Assembly (NCBI GenBank): GCA_963703445.1
Contig: CAVPEK010000002.1
Coordinates: 185,154 to 249,153 of the forward strand
Length of the DNA: 64,000 bases
Reading direction: 5' to 3'
From: an uncultured Thermoleophilia bacterium
Lineage (GTDB): Bacteria; Actinomycetota; Thermoleophilia; Gaiellales; Gaiellaceae
In this document: positions 54,131 through 63,648 of the stretch, piece by piece
Numbering within the stretch: position 1 is the stretch's first letter
How the letters are laid out: each line of letters begins with the position of its first letter
Notes under the pieces: model-generated
What the model was told of the DNA's origin: nothing
What the model saw: the letters and a program-made list of their open reading frames with translations, nothing else
The model's database searches: none
Position numbers and translations under genes: made by a program

Positions 54131-55266
54131 CTGCGCGCGAGCCGAGCGGGGTCGAAGATCGCGAGCTCAGGCGGCCGCTCGCCGAGGATCCCCCGCGCGA
54201 CCAGGTCCCCGCACGCAAGCCCGAGCACGTTGCCGTGGCCCGAGTAGCCGCCGGCCACCCAGACGTTCTCCCGGCCGGGAACGGGCCCGGCCAGCGGCTC
54301 CAGGTCGGGGGTCGTGCCCCAGATGCCCGCCCAGCGGTGGGTGACGCGCGGCCGGTGGCCGACGAGCTGCTCGACGAGCGTCTCGAGCCGGCCCTGCACG
54401 AGCTCGGTCGTCGCCTCGACGTCGGTCTCCTCCGTGGCCGGTGACACATCCCGGCTGCCGCCGACCACGAGTCGTCCATCAGGCAGCTGATGCCAGTAGT
54501 CGAAGCCGCCGCGGGCGTAGTGGGGACGCTCGTACCGGCGTTCCGGGAGCGGCTCGGTGGCGACCACCTGACCGCGGGTCGCGCGGACCACACCCGCGAG
54601 CTCGGGCAGAAGCCCTGCTGTGAACCCGTCTCCGGCCACGACCACGACGTCGGCGTCGAGCTCGTCGATGCGCACCGCGTCGCCCTCGCGCACGTCGGCG
54701 CCGGCCGCGGCCGCATGTGCGGCCAGGCGCCGCACCCAGCGCGCAGGCTGGAGTGCTCCGTCGGTCGGGTGGTGGATCGCACCGAGGTAGAGACCGTCGA
54801 GCGGCGGAGTGAGCTGGTCGACCCACTCCACGATGAACCCGTCGTCGCGTAACGCATCGTGCTCGCCTCGCAGCGCCTCGCACTCCGCATCGTCGAAGGC
54901 GAGGCGCAGACTGCCGACACGCCGAAACGCGTCACCGGCGAGCTGCTCGAGACGATCGAGTGAACGCTCGGTGAGCTCCAGCACGAGCCGGGCCTGCTCA
55001 GCGCCCAGTAGCCGGCGGGCTTCGTCGTAGGGTGGCGTGGCACCCCGCAAAGCGAAGCCGCCGTTCCGGCCGCTGGCTCCGCCCGCGATCTCACGTGCCT
55101 CGTGCAGGCGCACGCGCACCCCGCGCTGCGCAAGAGTGAGGGCACACGAGCATCCCGTGACGCCCCCGCCGATCACCGCCACCTCGGCACGTCCTTCGAA
55201 GCGGCGGCGCGGGAGCTCGTCGCGCTGCTCCTCGAGCCAGAATGGCGTCCTCGAATAGCCGGTCAT
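54127..55266 (-). CDS. FAD-dependent oxidoreductase (DAO family)
   Basis: It has the N-terminal dinucleotide motif VAVIGGGVTGCSCAL followed by ASGRNGG. Its stop shares the CTAG at 54127-54130 with the convergent GNAT gene. Confidence 0.8.
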   Translation of the reverse strand: MTGYSRTPFWLEEQRDELPRRRFEGRAEVAVIGGGVTGCSCALTLAQRGVRVRLHEAREIAGGASGRNGGFALRGATPPYDEARRLLGAEQARLVLELTERSLDRLEQLAGDAFRRVGSLRLAFDDAECEALRGEHDALRDDGFIVEWVDQLTPPLDGLYLGAIHHPTDGALQPARWVRRLAAHAAAAGADVREGDAVRIDELDADVVVVAGDGFTAGLLPELAGVVRATRGQVVATEPLPERRYERPHYARGGFDYWHQLPDGRLVVGGSRDVSPATEETDVEATTELVQGRLETLVEQLVGHRPRVTHRWAGIWGTTPDLEPLAGPVPGRENVWVAGGYSGHGNVLGLACGDLVARGILGERPPELAIFDPARLARS

Positions 55267-55400
55267 GATCGGTCCGCGGCCGCTTGTCTACCCACTTGTG
55301 GGTCTCTGAGATTCGCTGAGATCATCGGGCTCGGTACAAAGTTGTACCGGCGTCGCGGGCCGCCTCCGCTGCTCTCGCTCGCCCTTGTTAGCATCTCGGC

Positions 55401-55826
55401 ATGGCGAGAATGATGCTCGCCGGGGTGGTGGTTGCGGTCGCGTTGGGAGGCGTCGCTCCTGCGACGGGCAAGGAATTGCCGATTCTCCGCTCCGCAACGG
55501 TTCACGCACGTCACGTTGTGCTCCTGGTCACGGTCGGCGACGTCCGGCCGGTGCAGTTGACGGTTGCGACGCGCGGTGCCGTCGACAACAGCGGCGCCTT
55601 GGTTGCAAAGAACGTGCGCCTGCGCGAGACGATCCAACTCACTCCACCAGCGTCGACAGGGGTCGCGCGCTGGCAGAGCCGAACGACACTCGCGCCCGGA
55701 ACCTACTTCGTGCAGGTGATGGCGGTCGAGAGCGGCGGCGGCCTCACCAACTGTCCCAAGTTCCTGCGCAACTGCCTCGACCGCTGGTCGAACGTCCGGC
55801 GAATCGTCGTTCCGGCGTCAGGCTGA
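55401..55826 (+). CDS. Secreted hypothetical protein (141 aa)
   Basis: It has a signal peptide (MARMMLAGVVVAVALGGVAPATG) and a beta-rich body with two Cys residues near the C-terminus. Confidence 0.55.
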   Translation: MARMMLAGVVVAVALGGVAPATGKELPILRSATVHARHVVLLVTVGDVRPVQLTVATRGAVDNSGALVAKNVRLRETIQLTPPASTGVARWQSRTTLAPGTYFVQVMAVESGGGLTNCPKFLRNCLDRWSNVRRIVVPASG

Positions 55827-55904
55827 CGCCACGCAGCTACCTCCCCGGCCTTAAAGCGCAGCGGGGCCGCCGGCGTGGCGGCCCCGCTGCGAGGGAAAGC
55901 GGGC

Positions 55905-57626
55905 CTACTTGCCCTTGCCGCCAGGGGCGGGACAAGGGTTCCCGAACACGTTGTTCTGGAAGTTGTTGTACCGCTGCGTGATGGTGAATCCCGGTGCCGG
56001 ATAGTCCGACAGCAGGAGGCGGCCATACTCAGTGGTCGAGGTTCCTCCGAACGTGTCGGACGTGCCGGGGATATTGGCGCCGCCCTGCTGCCAGAGGCAC
56101 GACCCACCCGCGAGGGTGGTGGTGTACAGCGGGTAGAAGGCCGGGCCATTGGGGCCGAGCGGCGGATTCACACAGCCGGCGCCCGGACTCGGGTCGGCTG
56201 GGTTGCTCACATGACGCTGGCAGTCGTTGGTGGTCGAGAAGTCCGAGCCCTCGATACGCGGGAGGTCAGCCTCGAACGCCACCTGTCTGTAGTTGGTCGG
56301 CCCACTGGCTCCCGGCCCCGTGAAGAGCGGGCTCGTGAACCGCACGGGCGTCGAGACGTTGGCCGCGACAGCCCCCGGCCCTCCTGGCCAGGCACTGCCC
56401 TGATACGAGGGACCGTCGAAGTCGTCGTCGGCCTGAACGCATCCCGTCAAGCTTTCGAGCATCGCTCCCGCCGGACCGACGAGCGGATAGGGGAAGCAGA
56501 ATGTGTCGTCGTCGTCCAGGGTCGAATCGGAGCCCGCTGCCGACGTGCAGTTCCCTCCGAACGAGTCGACAGCGTTGCAGTACTCGAAGTGGCCGATCTC
56601 ATCCGAGAAGGCGACGTTGTACGTGTGCGCAGCCCACACGTTGCGCGTGCTCGCGTTCGAGGTGCTGAACTGCGGGTGATACGCATAGGGGACAACGGTG
56701 CACGTCGATGCGTTCGGCTGGAACAGCGCATGCCCGAAGCCGTTCGCGACGCTGGCGGTCATCGAGCCGCTCTCGCCCGTCGTCAGGTCGTGGATGACGA
56801 TCTGGAAGCCGTCGGGTGTGTCGTGCATGTCGACGACGAGCTGGTCGCCGTTCGAGTACTCGAGCGTGTCCGAGGTCACAACGGCCTGGTTGCCGAATCC
56901 CTCGTCGGGCCGAGCAGGCGCGACGGGGTGGCCGCTCTTCGTCACGACGGCGTAGTTGACCGGCTCCGGGCCGACGAGGTCATTGCACGCGGCGTTGTTC
57001 TGCTCGCCGGTGTTCATGTTCTCCTGGTCACTGTCGATCGTCAGCGCCGAGCACCACTTGCCGTCCTGAACGCCGTTGCGATCCGTACAGCTGACCGGGC
57101 CCCAGCCCGGCGGATAGAACTGCATCTCCATGTACGCCTGGCCCGGGGTCAGGCCGAGGTACTTCGCCGACTTCGGGTTTGTGCTCGTGAAGATGTTCTG
57201 GTCGCTGTTCGGCGTGCAGGTCGCACCCGGATTGGGGGCGTCCTGGTCGTCGCACATGATCATGCCGAACCAGAAGGTCGGACGAAGCTGGAAGTTCCAG
57301 GTGCTCCCGGTCCCGTTTTGCTTGGGCGGAGCGACCGGGTCGGTGGGCAGTGTCACGTGGTACTGATCCGAGTTTCCCGAGCCCGGAGTCGTGGAATAGA
57401 AGAGCACCGAGGGCTCGTCGTGACCCGAGACGTACTTGTAGCCGTGATACGTCCACGGATCGACCTGCTCCGTGCACAGCGCGGGACGCTGCACGCACAG
57501 GGGCCGATTCGAAACGGCCGGCTTGACCGCCGCGTCTCCAGACGCAAGCGGGCCGACGAGCGAGGCGATCGCGAAGACGATCGCTCCGACAAATCCGAGA
57601 CGGCGTGGTCCAGAAAGCCAACGCAT
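55905..57626 (-). CDS. Large secreted Cys-rich protein of unknown function (573 aa)
   Basis: It has a signal peptide (GFVGAIVFAIASLVGPLASG) and 16 Cys residues. The composition is rich in Thr, Ser, Asn and Gly and poor in Arg, which is atypical for this window. I recognised no family motif. Confidence 0.7.
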   Translation of the reverse strand: MRWLSGPRRLGFVGAIVFAIASLVGPLASGDAAVKPAVSNRPLCVQRPALCTEQVDPWTYHGYKYVSGHDEPSVLFYSTTPGSGNSDQYHVTLPTDPVAPPKQNGTGSTWNFQLRPTFWFGMIMCDDQDAPNPGATCTPNSDQNIFTSTNPKSAKYLGLTPGQAYMEMQFYPPGWGPVSCTDRNGVQDGKWCSALTIDSDQENMNTGEQNNAACNDLVGPEPVNYAVVTKSGHPVAPARPDEGFGNQAVVTSDTLEYSNGDQLVVDMHDTPDGFQIVIHDLTTGESGSMTASVANGFGHALFQPNASTCTVVPYAYHPQFSTSNASTRNVWAAHTYNVAFSDEIGHFEYCNAVDSFGGNCTSAAGSDSTLDDDDTFCFPYPLVGPAGAMLESLTGCVQADDDFDGPSYQGSAWPGGPGAVAANVSTPVRFTSPLFTGPGASGPTNYRQVAFEADLPRIEGSDFSTTNDCQRHVSNPADPSPGAGCVNPPLGPNGPAFYPLYTTTLAGGSCLWQQGGANIPGTSDTFGGTSTTEYGRLLLSDYPAPGFTITQRYNNFQNNVFGNPCPAPGGKGK

Positions 57627-57739
57627 AGTCTCCCCTCCTCACATGGGTTGGGCACAACCTGTGCCGCGTCAATGCGGAAGACCAGATTCTTGCCGGACAA
57701 GCCGATTGCCAAACCGCGCCGTCCTCGATGGAGTTGTGC

Positions 57740-58747
57740 TCACAACGGCAGAGACTCTGTGCGCGTCACCACCTCCCGATACAGCCCGTTGGCCTGGGCA
57801 ACGAGGCCGAGCAACTCCAGCTCGACGAGCGCCGCCGCGAGCTCACCGGCAGTCAGGCCCGTGCGGCGAATCAACTCGTCCGCCGCGGTAGGCGCGTCGG
57901 CAACGACCGCGCGCACCCGCGCGGCCGCCCCGGCCAGCACCGGCGGCTCGGGCGCCGGAGGCGGATCGACCCCGATCGCACTCAACACGTCGGCCGCGCC
58001 GGTGACCGGCGTCGCGCCCAGACGGAGCAGCGCATTCGTCCCTCTCGAGAGCTGAGACGTGATCTCGCCCGGGACCGTGAGCACCTCACGACCCTCGTCG
58101 AGCGCGAAGTCGGCGGTGATGAGCGCGCCGCTCCGCTCGCGAGCCTCGACGACGACCGTCGCGAGCGCGAGCCCGGCAACGAGCCTGTTTCGCGCAGGGA
58201 AACGCCATGGCGCGGGCTCGACGCCCGGCGGATACTCCGAGACGATCAAGCCGGCCTCAGCGATCTGCGCGCCGAGTGCCGCATGCGCGCGCGGGTAGTC
58301 GCGGTCGATACCGCACCCGAGCACGGCAACCGTCAGACCGGTCTCCAGCGCACCTCGGTGAACCGCCGCGTCGATCCCGCGCGCGAGGCCCGAGACGACC
58401 ACGACCCCGGCCGCAGCGAGCTCACGGCCGAGCGACATCGCGACCGCGGAGCCGTACGCCGAGCAGGCCCGCGCACCGACGACGGCCACCGACGGCTGTG
58501 CCAACAGGCCGAGTGACGAACCACCGCGGACGAAGAGGCCCGGTGGAGGATCGTGGATCGCGCCAAGCCGCGCCGGAAACGCCGGATCTCCGCGTGCCGC
58601 CCAGCGAAAGCCGCGACGCGCGAGCTCGAGGCGGTACGACTCCTCGTCGAACCCGCGAAGGAACTCGGCGAACCGGGCGCTGCGCGGCACGTCGACCAGG
58701 TGCGAGCCCGAACGAGCTGCGAACACCGCGGTGGCGAGCTCGCTCAT
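57740..58747 (-). CDS. dprA: DNA-processing protein DprA
   Basis: The Rossmann-like DprA core is VVSGLARGIDAAVHRGAL...VLGCGIDRDYP...SEYPPG..P..WRFPARNRL. Confidence 0.9.
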   Translation of the reverse strand: MSELATAVFAARSGSHLVDVPRSARFAEFLRGFDEESYRLELARRGFRWAARGDPAFPARLGAIHDPPPGLFVRGGSSLGLLAQPSVAVVGARACSAYGSAVAMSLGRELAAAGVVVVSGLARGIDAAVHRGALETGLTVAVLGCGIDRDYPRAHAALGAQIAEAGLIVSEYPPGVEPAPWRFPARNRLVAGLALATVVVEARERSGALITADFALDEGREVLTVPGEITSQLSRGTNALLRLGATPVTGAADVLSAIGVDPPPAPEPPVLAGAAARVRAVVADAPTAADELIRRTGLTAGELAAALVELELLGLVAQANGLYREVVTRTESLPL

Positions 58748-60210
58748 GCGGTCAGCTCCGTGGAGGGGCGATACGACAGCGCCTCCGCGAGATGCTCAGG
58801 CTGGACCGCTGCGGCGGAGGCGAGAGCAGCGATCGTCGCTGCGACACGCGCGACGCGCGCCCGGCCACGGCCCGAAAGCGGCAACCGCTCCACTGCCCGC
58901 GTCAGCAGGTCGTCGGCCGCCGGTGTCCGCTCCGGTGGGTCGTCGCGCAGCCGCCGGCACGCGGCGAGCACGCGATCGCGAACGACCGCCGACCGTTCGC
59001 CGGGTGCTCCCGCAAGATCACCGCCGCGGGGCCGCGGCACGGCGAGGAGCAGGTCGAAGCGGTCGAGGAGCGCGCGCGAGAGCTTGTCGCGGTAACGCTG
59101 CACCCGCTCGGGCGTGCATGAGCACTGCGCCGCACCGTCGCCGCGTGCACCACAGGGACACAGGTTCATCGCGGCGACGAGCTGGAAGCGCGCCGGGAAG
59201 ACGACCCGCCCGGCCACGCGGACGACCGAGACGTATCCGTCCTCGAGCGGTTGCCGCAACGCTTCGAGCGCCGGACGCTGGAACTCGGGGAGCTCGTCGA
59301 GGAAGAGGACGCCGTGGTGCGCGAGGCTCACCTCTCCGGGGCGTGGCATCCCGCCCCCGCCGCCGATGAGAGCCGCGACCGAGGCCGAGTGGTGAGGCGC
59401 GCGAAAGGGCGGGACACGGACGAGCCCGCCTCCCGGCGGAAGAACGCCGCTCACGGAGTGGATGCGCGTCGCCTCGAGCGAGGCGTCGTCGGGCAGAAGC
59501 GGCAGGATCCCGGGGAGGCGGCGCGCGAGCATCGTCTTTCCCGAACCGGGCGGGCCGGCGAACAGGAGGTTGTGCCCACCCGCAGCGGCGACCTCGAGCG
59601 CCCGCCGTGCCCGCTCCTGGCCGCGAACGTCGGCGAGGTCGGGAACGTCGGCAAGCGACTCGAAGTCGTCGGCCGGTACCGGCGGCTCGGGCGGGTCACG
59701 CTCTCCGCGGAGATAGGCAACGGCCTCGGCGAGGTGACGCACGCCGACCGGCTCGATGCCGGCGAGAGCGACCTCGGCGCCCGACTCGGCGGCACAGACG
59801 AGATGCGTGAGGCCGGAGCGGCGGGCTCCTTCGGCGGCGACGAGTGCGCCGGGAACGGGTCGCAGACGGCCGTCGAGTGCGAGCTCACCGACCGCGGCGT
59901 GCCCCTCGAGCGCCTCGGGCGGCAGCTGATACGACGCTGCGAGCACGGCCAGAGCAATTGGGAGATCGAACCCCGACCCTTCCTTGCGGAGCGCCGCAGG
60001 CGCGAGATTGACGGTGATGCGGCGCTTGGTCGGCCACTCGAGCTCGGCGGAGGAGATGCCGCTCCGCACCCGTTCCTTCGCTTCCTGGCACGCGCGGTCG
60101 GCAAGGCCGACGATCGCGAAGGACGGCACACCCTGCTGCAGATGTGCTTCGACCTCGACCCGGCGCGGATCGATGCCGACGAGCGCGTGGGTGACGGTGC
60201 GTGCGAGCAC
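58744..60210 (-). CDS. comM: Mg-chelatase-like AAA+ ATPase YifB/ComM
   Basis: It has an N-terminal Lon-protease-like domain, then Walker A GPPGSGKTMLA, Walker B VLFLDELPEF and a C-terminal ChlI-like region. Its stop overlaps the dprA start. Confidence 0.9.
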   Translation of the reverse strand: MLARTVTHALVGIDPRRVEVEAHLQQGVPSFAIVGLADRACQEAKERVRSGISSAELEWPTKRRITVNLAPAALRKEGSGFDLPIALAVLAASYQLPPEALEGHAAVGELALDGRLRPVPGALVAAEGARRSGLTHLVCAAESGAEVALAGIEPVGVRHLAEAVAYLRGERDPPEPPVPADDFESLADVPDLADVRGQERARRALEVAAAGGHNLLFAGPPGSGKTMLARRLPGILPLLPDDASLEATRIHSVSGVLPPGGGLVRVPPFRAPHHSASVAALIGGGGGMPRPGEVSLAHHGVLFLDELPEFQRPALEALRQPLEDGYVSVVRVAGRVVFPARFQLVAAMNLCPCGARGDGAAQCSCTPERVQRYRDKLSRALLDRFDLLLAVPRPRGGDLAGAPGERSAVVRDRVLAACRRLRDDPPERTPAADDLLTRAVERLPLSGRGRARVARVAATIAALASAAAVQPEHLAEALSYRPSTELTA

Positions 60211-60270
60211 ACGGTCACGCTAGGCGGCAAACCGTGACGTGTCTGTCACGGCTTCGCGCCGAAAGCGTGA

Positions 60271-60417
60271 ATCAGTGCTTGCGAATGAGGTCCGCGTACG
60301 ACGGCGGCACGAAGCCGTCGCGTGGCAGCAATCTCCACAAGAAGATGCTGCCGACGATCCACGGGCTGGCGAAGAGGAGCGGCAGCACCCAGACCCAGAG
60401 CGGTGTGTGAACGATCA
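60271..60417 (-). CDS. Possible 48-aa membrane peptide
   Basis: My own translation gives MIVHTPLWVWVLPLLFASPWIVGSIFLWRLLPRDGFVPPSYADLIRKH. It is below the ORF-track size cutoff and lies between the methyltransferase and comM. Confidence 0.3.
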
Positions 60418-60482
60418 TGCGACCACTATGCGGACCCGACGGCCCAATCGGGTCGATCGAGGCCCGGATCGTTACGAAACGC

Positions 60483-61596
60483 TTACCGGTGGGCTACCAG
60501 CACGTCTTCGAAGTACTCGCCCGACCGCCGGCCGGTACGACGGTTCACGTGCCGCTGGTAGCGCTGCTCGAGCTCGAGCCCCGAACGCGACAGGATCTCC
60601 GGATACAGGCCGCGACGGTCGTTGACGACGATCACCACGCGACCACGCGGCTTCAACACCTCCGCGCACGCTCCGAGAACCGCGGCGATCCCGTCGGTGT
60701 ACGCCGCGAGTGCGGCCTTCGACGTACCGCGCTCGGCGGCGCCGATCTCACGTTCGCGCAGGTCGCCGAGGCCCAGCAACTCGTACGCGTACCGGTGCTG
60801 CTCGTGGTAGTCGATCAGCCCCGGATAGGGCGGCGAGGTCACGACGGCGTCGAACGGGCCGGGCAGAGCGAGCTCGCGTGCATCGCCGTGCAACACGATC
60901 GCAGACTTCCGAGAACGGACGCGCGCGAACTCCTTCAGACGAGTCAGCGTGTCGAGCGTGTAGCGGCGCAGGAAGTGATCCGCACGTTCGACCGGCCGAC
61001 ATTCACGACGATGCTTGTGACACCAGTACGGCTCGAGCTGCGGGATCTTCGGGAAGTCGAGATCGAAATGCGTCGTGCGTCGCGCCGACCGTGCCGCGCG
61101 AGCGAGCACGACGCGCAGCACGTCGGCATGCTCGTACTCACCGGCAATCGAGCGAAAGCGCAGCAGCTGATCGCGCGCGGCCGGAGCGAACCAGCGGCGC
61201 ACGTACGGGGTCGCGCCGGTTGCGTCGCCCTCCCCCCGCTCGAATCGCGCGAGCGCCTCGCGCAGGTCGTGCTCGAGCCCGAACGGATTGTGCGCTTCGG
61301 TCTTCACACCCATCAGCAGGCAGTTGAACGCCGCGATGTCGACACCGGCCGAGTCCAGGCCGCTCTCGAGCGCCTGGACGAGCGTCGTTCCCGAACCGGC
61401 AAACGGATCGAGCACCCGCCCGCGCACCGGCACGTGCCGGCGGAAGAGCTCCTCGACGAGCTGCGGCACGTATTTCCCCAGGTAGGGATGGAGGCGGTGG
61501 ACGTGCTTCGTGCGGAGCGCGCTCGGGAAGAGCGCTCTCGGACCACGACAGGTCGAGATCGAGTCCCTGGTAGATCTGCTCCTGAGTGCTCGCCAC
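60483..61596 (-). CDS. DNA methyltransferase (N4-C/N6-A type, SPPY catalytic motif), with one apparent frameshift
   Basis: The SAM-binding segment is VLDPFAGSGTT and the catalytic motif is VVTSPPYPG. The N-terminal 27 aa (MASTQEQIYQGLDLDLSWSESALPER) lie in ORF 61138..61596. The conserved TKHVHRLHPYLGKYVPQLVEE lies in the frame of ORF 60483..61469. The junction is at about 61512-61522. Confidence 0.75.
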
Positions 61597-61627
61597 GACG
61601 CAGAGTTCGCCGTGGCGGCGGCGCTTC

Positions 61628-61978
61628 CTAGAACGCGTCCGCCAGGTGCTCGATCCGCCCGGCCCGCTCGGCGATCACATCGAAGCGAACGTCGAGCCCT
61701 CCGAGCTCCTGGTGGCGGGTGAGCCAGGCCGCAGCAGCACGGCGCACACGGGCCACTTTCCGTGCATCGACCATCTCCAACGGGTCGCCGAACCCGTCGC
61801 CGCTCTTGGACTTCACCTCGCAGAACACGAGGACACGGCCCCGGCGCGCGATCACGTCGAGCTCGGCGCCCGCGAGCCAGCAGTTCGTGTCGAGGATGCG
61901 GTAGCCGCGCAGCCGGTACCAGCGAGCGGCACGGCGCTCGGATTCGTGCCTAGGCCGCGGGGAGGTAGGCGCGGGCAC
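61628..61978 (-). CDS. yraN: YraN-family (UPF0102) endonuclease-like protein
   Basis: ERRAARWYRLRGYRILDTNCW...ELDVIARRGRVLVFCEVKS is the YraN signature. A GTG at 61978 gives a protein of about 116 aa, while the track ORF extends to 62089. Confidence 0.8.
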   Translation of the reverse strand: MPAPTSPRPRHESERRAARWYRLRGYRILDTNCWLAGAELDVIARRGRVLVFCEVKSKSGDGFGDPLEMVDARKVARVRRAAAAWLTRHQELGGLDVRFDVIAERAGRIEHLADAF

Positions 61979-62595
61979 GCCACGACCTGCGGTGAATCTC
62001 GCAAGGCCCTCGCTCACGCACGATCTCGGTGTGCGACTGCGTGATGTACCCGACGTGGGAGGCGAACCCATAGCCGGGATAGAGCGCATCGGCGGTGCGC
62101 ATGTAGCGGTCGCGAGTCACCTTCGCGATGATCGACGCGGCGGCGATCGCGGCGCTTTTCGTGTCGCCGTCGACGATCGCTCGATGCGGCGGCGCTGTCG
62201 GGCCGAGCTTGAACCCGTCGACCAGGCAGACGTCGGCCGGCTGGCACGCCCAGAGCGCCTCGCGCAGCCCGCGCAGGTTGCACCGGTGCAGGCCGTCGCG
62301 ATCGATCACGGCCGCTGGAAAGACGCGCACGGCGACGACCTCGGCGCAGGCGATCACGGCACGGTAGAGCTCGTCGCGCGTCGCCGAATCGACCTGCTTC
62401 GAGTCGTTCAGGAGCGCCAGCGGCCGAACGCGGTGGTCGCGCAGGCACTCGTAGTCGAGCAGCACCCCGGCGACGACGAGCGGCCCGGCGAGCGGGCCCG
62501 CGCCCTGCCTCGTCCGCCCCGGCCACGTAGCGGGCGTCGAGCCCGCGGTCGAACCGGAGCAGCTTCTGGCCGGTCTGGCGGCGCTTGGACGGCAC
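61950..62595 (-). CDS. rnhB: Ribonuclease HII, with one apparent frameshift
   Basis: The N-terminus MPSKRRQTGQKLLRFDRGLDARYVAGADEAGRGP lies in ORF 62014..62595. The continuation LAGPLVVAGVLLDYE...LNDSKQV...DGDTKSAAIAAASIIAKVTRD lies in the frame of ORF 61950..62906. The junction is at GGGCCCGC, about 62491-62500. Confidence 0.85.
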
Positions 62596-62658
62596 GTGCC
62601 GAGAATAGCCCGGGTCGCGGGCGGCATCGTGCTCGGTGGGTCGGAGTTTGCGAAGAAG

Positions 62659-63006
62659 TTACGACTGGCGGAGCTCGCGGACGCGAGCCTTCTTCCCGAC
62701 CTTGCCGCGCAGGTAGTAGAGCTTCGCGCGGTGGACGTCGCCGATCTGCATGACCTCGATCTTGTCGATCTTCGGCGAATGCAGCGGGAACGTGCGCTCG
62801 ACACCGACGCCGAACGAGTTCTTGCGGACGGTGAACGTCTCGCGGGCGCCGGCACCCTGGCGCTTGATCGTGATCCCCTCGAAGACCTGGATGCGCTGGC
62901 GCGCACCCTCGATCACGCGGAAGTGGACGCGCACCGTGTCGCCCGCCTTGAACCGCGGCACTTCGCGCAGCTGACGGCGCTCGATGTCCTGGATGATCGT
63001 GCTCAT
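62659..63006 (-). CDS. rplS: 50S ribosomal protein L19
   Basis: 115 aa. [46 protein letters not shown] is canonical L19. Confidence 0.95.
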   Translation of the reverse strand: MSTIIQDIERRQLREVPRFKAGDTVRVHFRVIEGARQRIQVFEGITIKRQGAGARETFTVRKNSFGVGVERTFPLHSPKIDKIEVMQIGDVHRAKLYYLRGKVGKKARVRELRQS

Positions 63007-63049
63007 GTCGAAAGGGGCCGGAGGCCGGGCGGAATCGTAGCAGCCATGG

Positions 63050-63601
63050 TCAGCGGATCGAGATTCGACTCGGCGGCCAGTAGGTGGCGATCACCTTGCC
63101 GATCAGGTTCTTCCGCGGAACGGTGCCCCACGACCGCGAGTCGCAGGACGACGCACGGTTGTCGCCCATGAAGAAGTACTGCCCCTTCGGGATCCGCTCG
63201 GGCGCGATGGTGCGGTCGTCCCGTCGATCGGGCTGGATGTACGGCTCCTTCAGGCGTTTCCCGTTCACGTAGACGTAGCCTTCCCTCTCCTCCCACAGGT
63301 CACCCGGCAGCGCGATCAGCCGCTTGACGAACGTGCCGCCCGCGCCGCAGCGGATCGCCGCGAGCGGAGGCGTCTTGAAGACGACGATGTCGCCGCGCTT
63401 CGGCGACCAGAAGCGGTAACAGAAGCGGCAGGCGAGCACCCGGTCGGAGAAGCGCGCCTCGCACTCGGATCCGGGCCGGGCGCAGTGCAGCGTCGGCTCC
63501 ATCGAGCTGGACGGGATCCGGTACGGGTTGACGACCCAGTGCTTGATCGCGAGCACGATCGCGATCGCGCCCAGGATCGTGACCAGCCAGTCGATCGTCA
63601 C
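63050..63601 (-). CDS. lepB: Signal peptidase I
   Basis: It has one TM helix, the catalytic Ser box [10 protein letters not shown], the Lys box GDIVVFK...[10 protein letters not shown] and the C-terminal box [14 protein letters not shown]. Confidence 0.9.
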   Translation of the reverse strand: MTIDWLVTILGAIAIVLAIKHWVVNPYRIPSSSMEPTLHCARPGSECEARFSDRVLACRFCYRFWSPKRGDIVVFKTPPLAAIRCGAGGTFVKRLIALPGDLWEEREGYVYVNGKRLKEPYIQPDRRDDRTIAPERIPKGQYFFMGDNRASSCDSRSWGTVPRKNLIGKVIATYWPPSRISIR

Positions 63602-63648
63602 CCGCCAGCCGTGCGGCAGCCCTTCGGTCAGATGGTCGATCGGGTTTC

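Noticed and set aside
55875-58055. 726-aa plus-strand ORF
   Set aside because: It is antisense to the secreted Cys-rich protein and to dprA. The composition is Arg/Val-rich noise.
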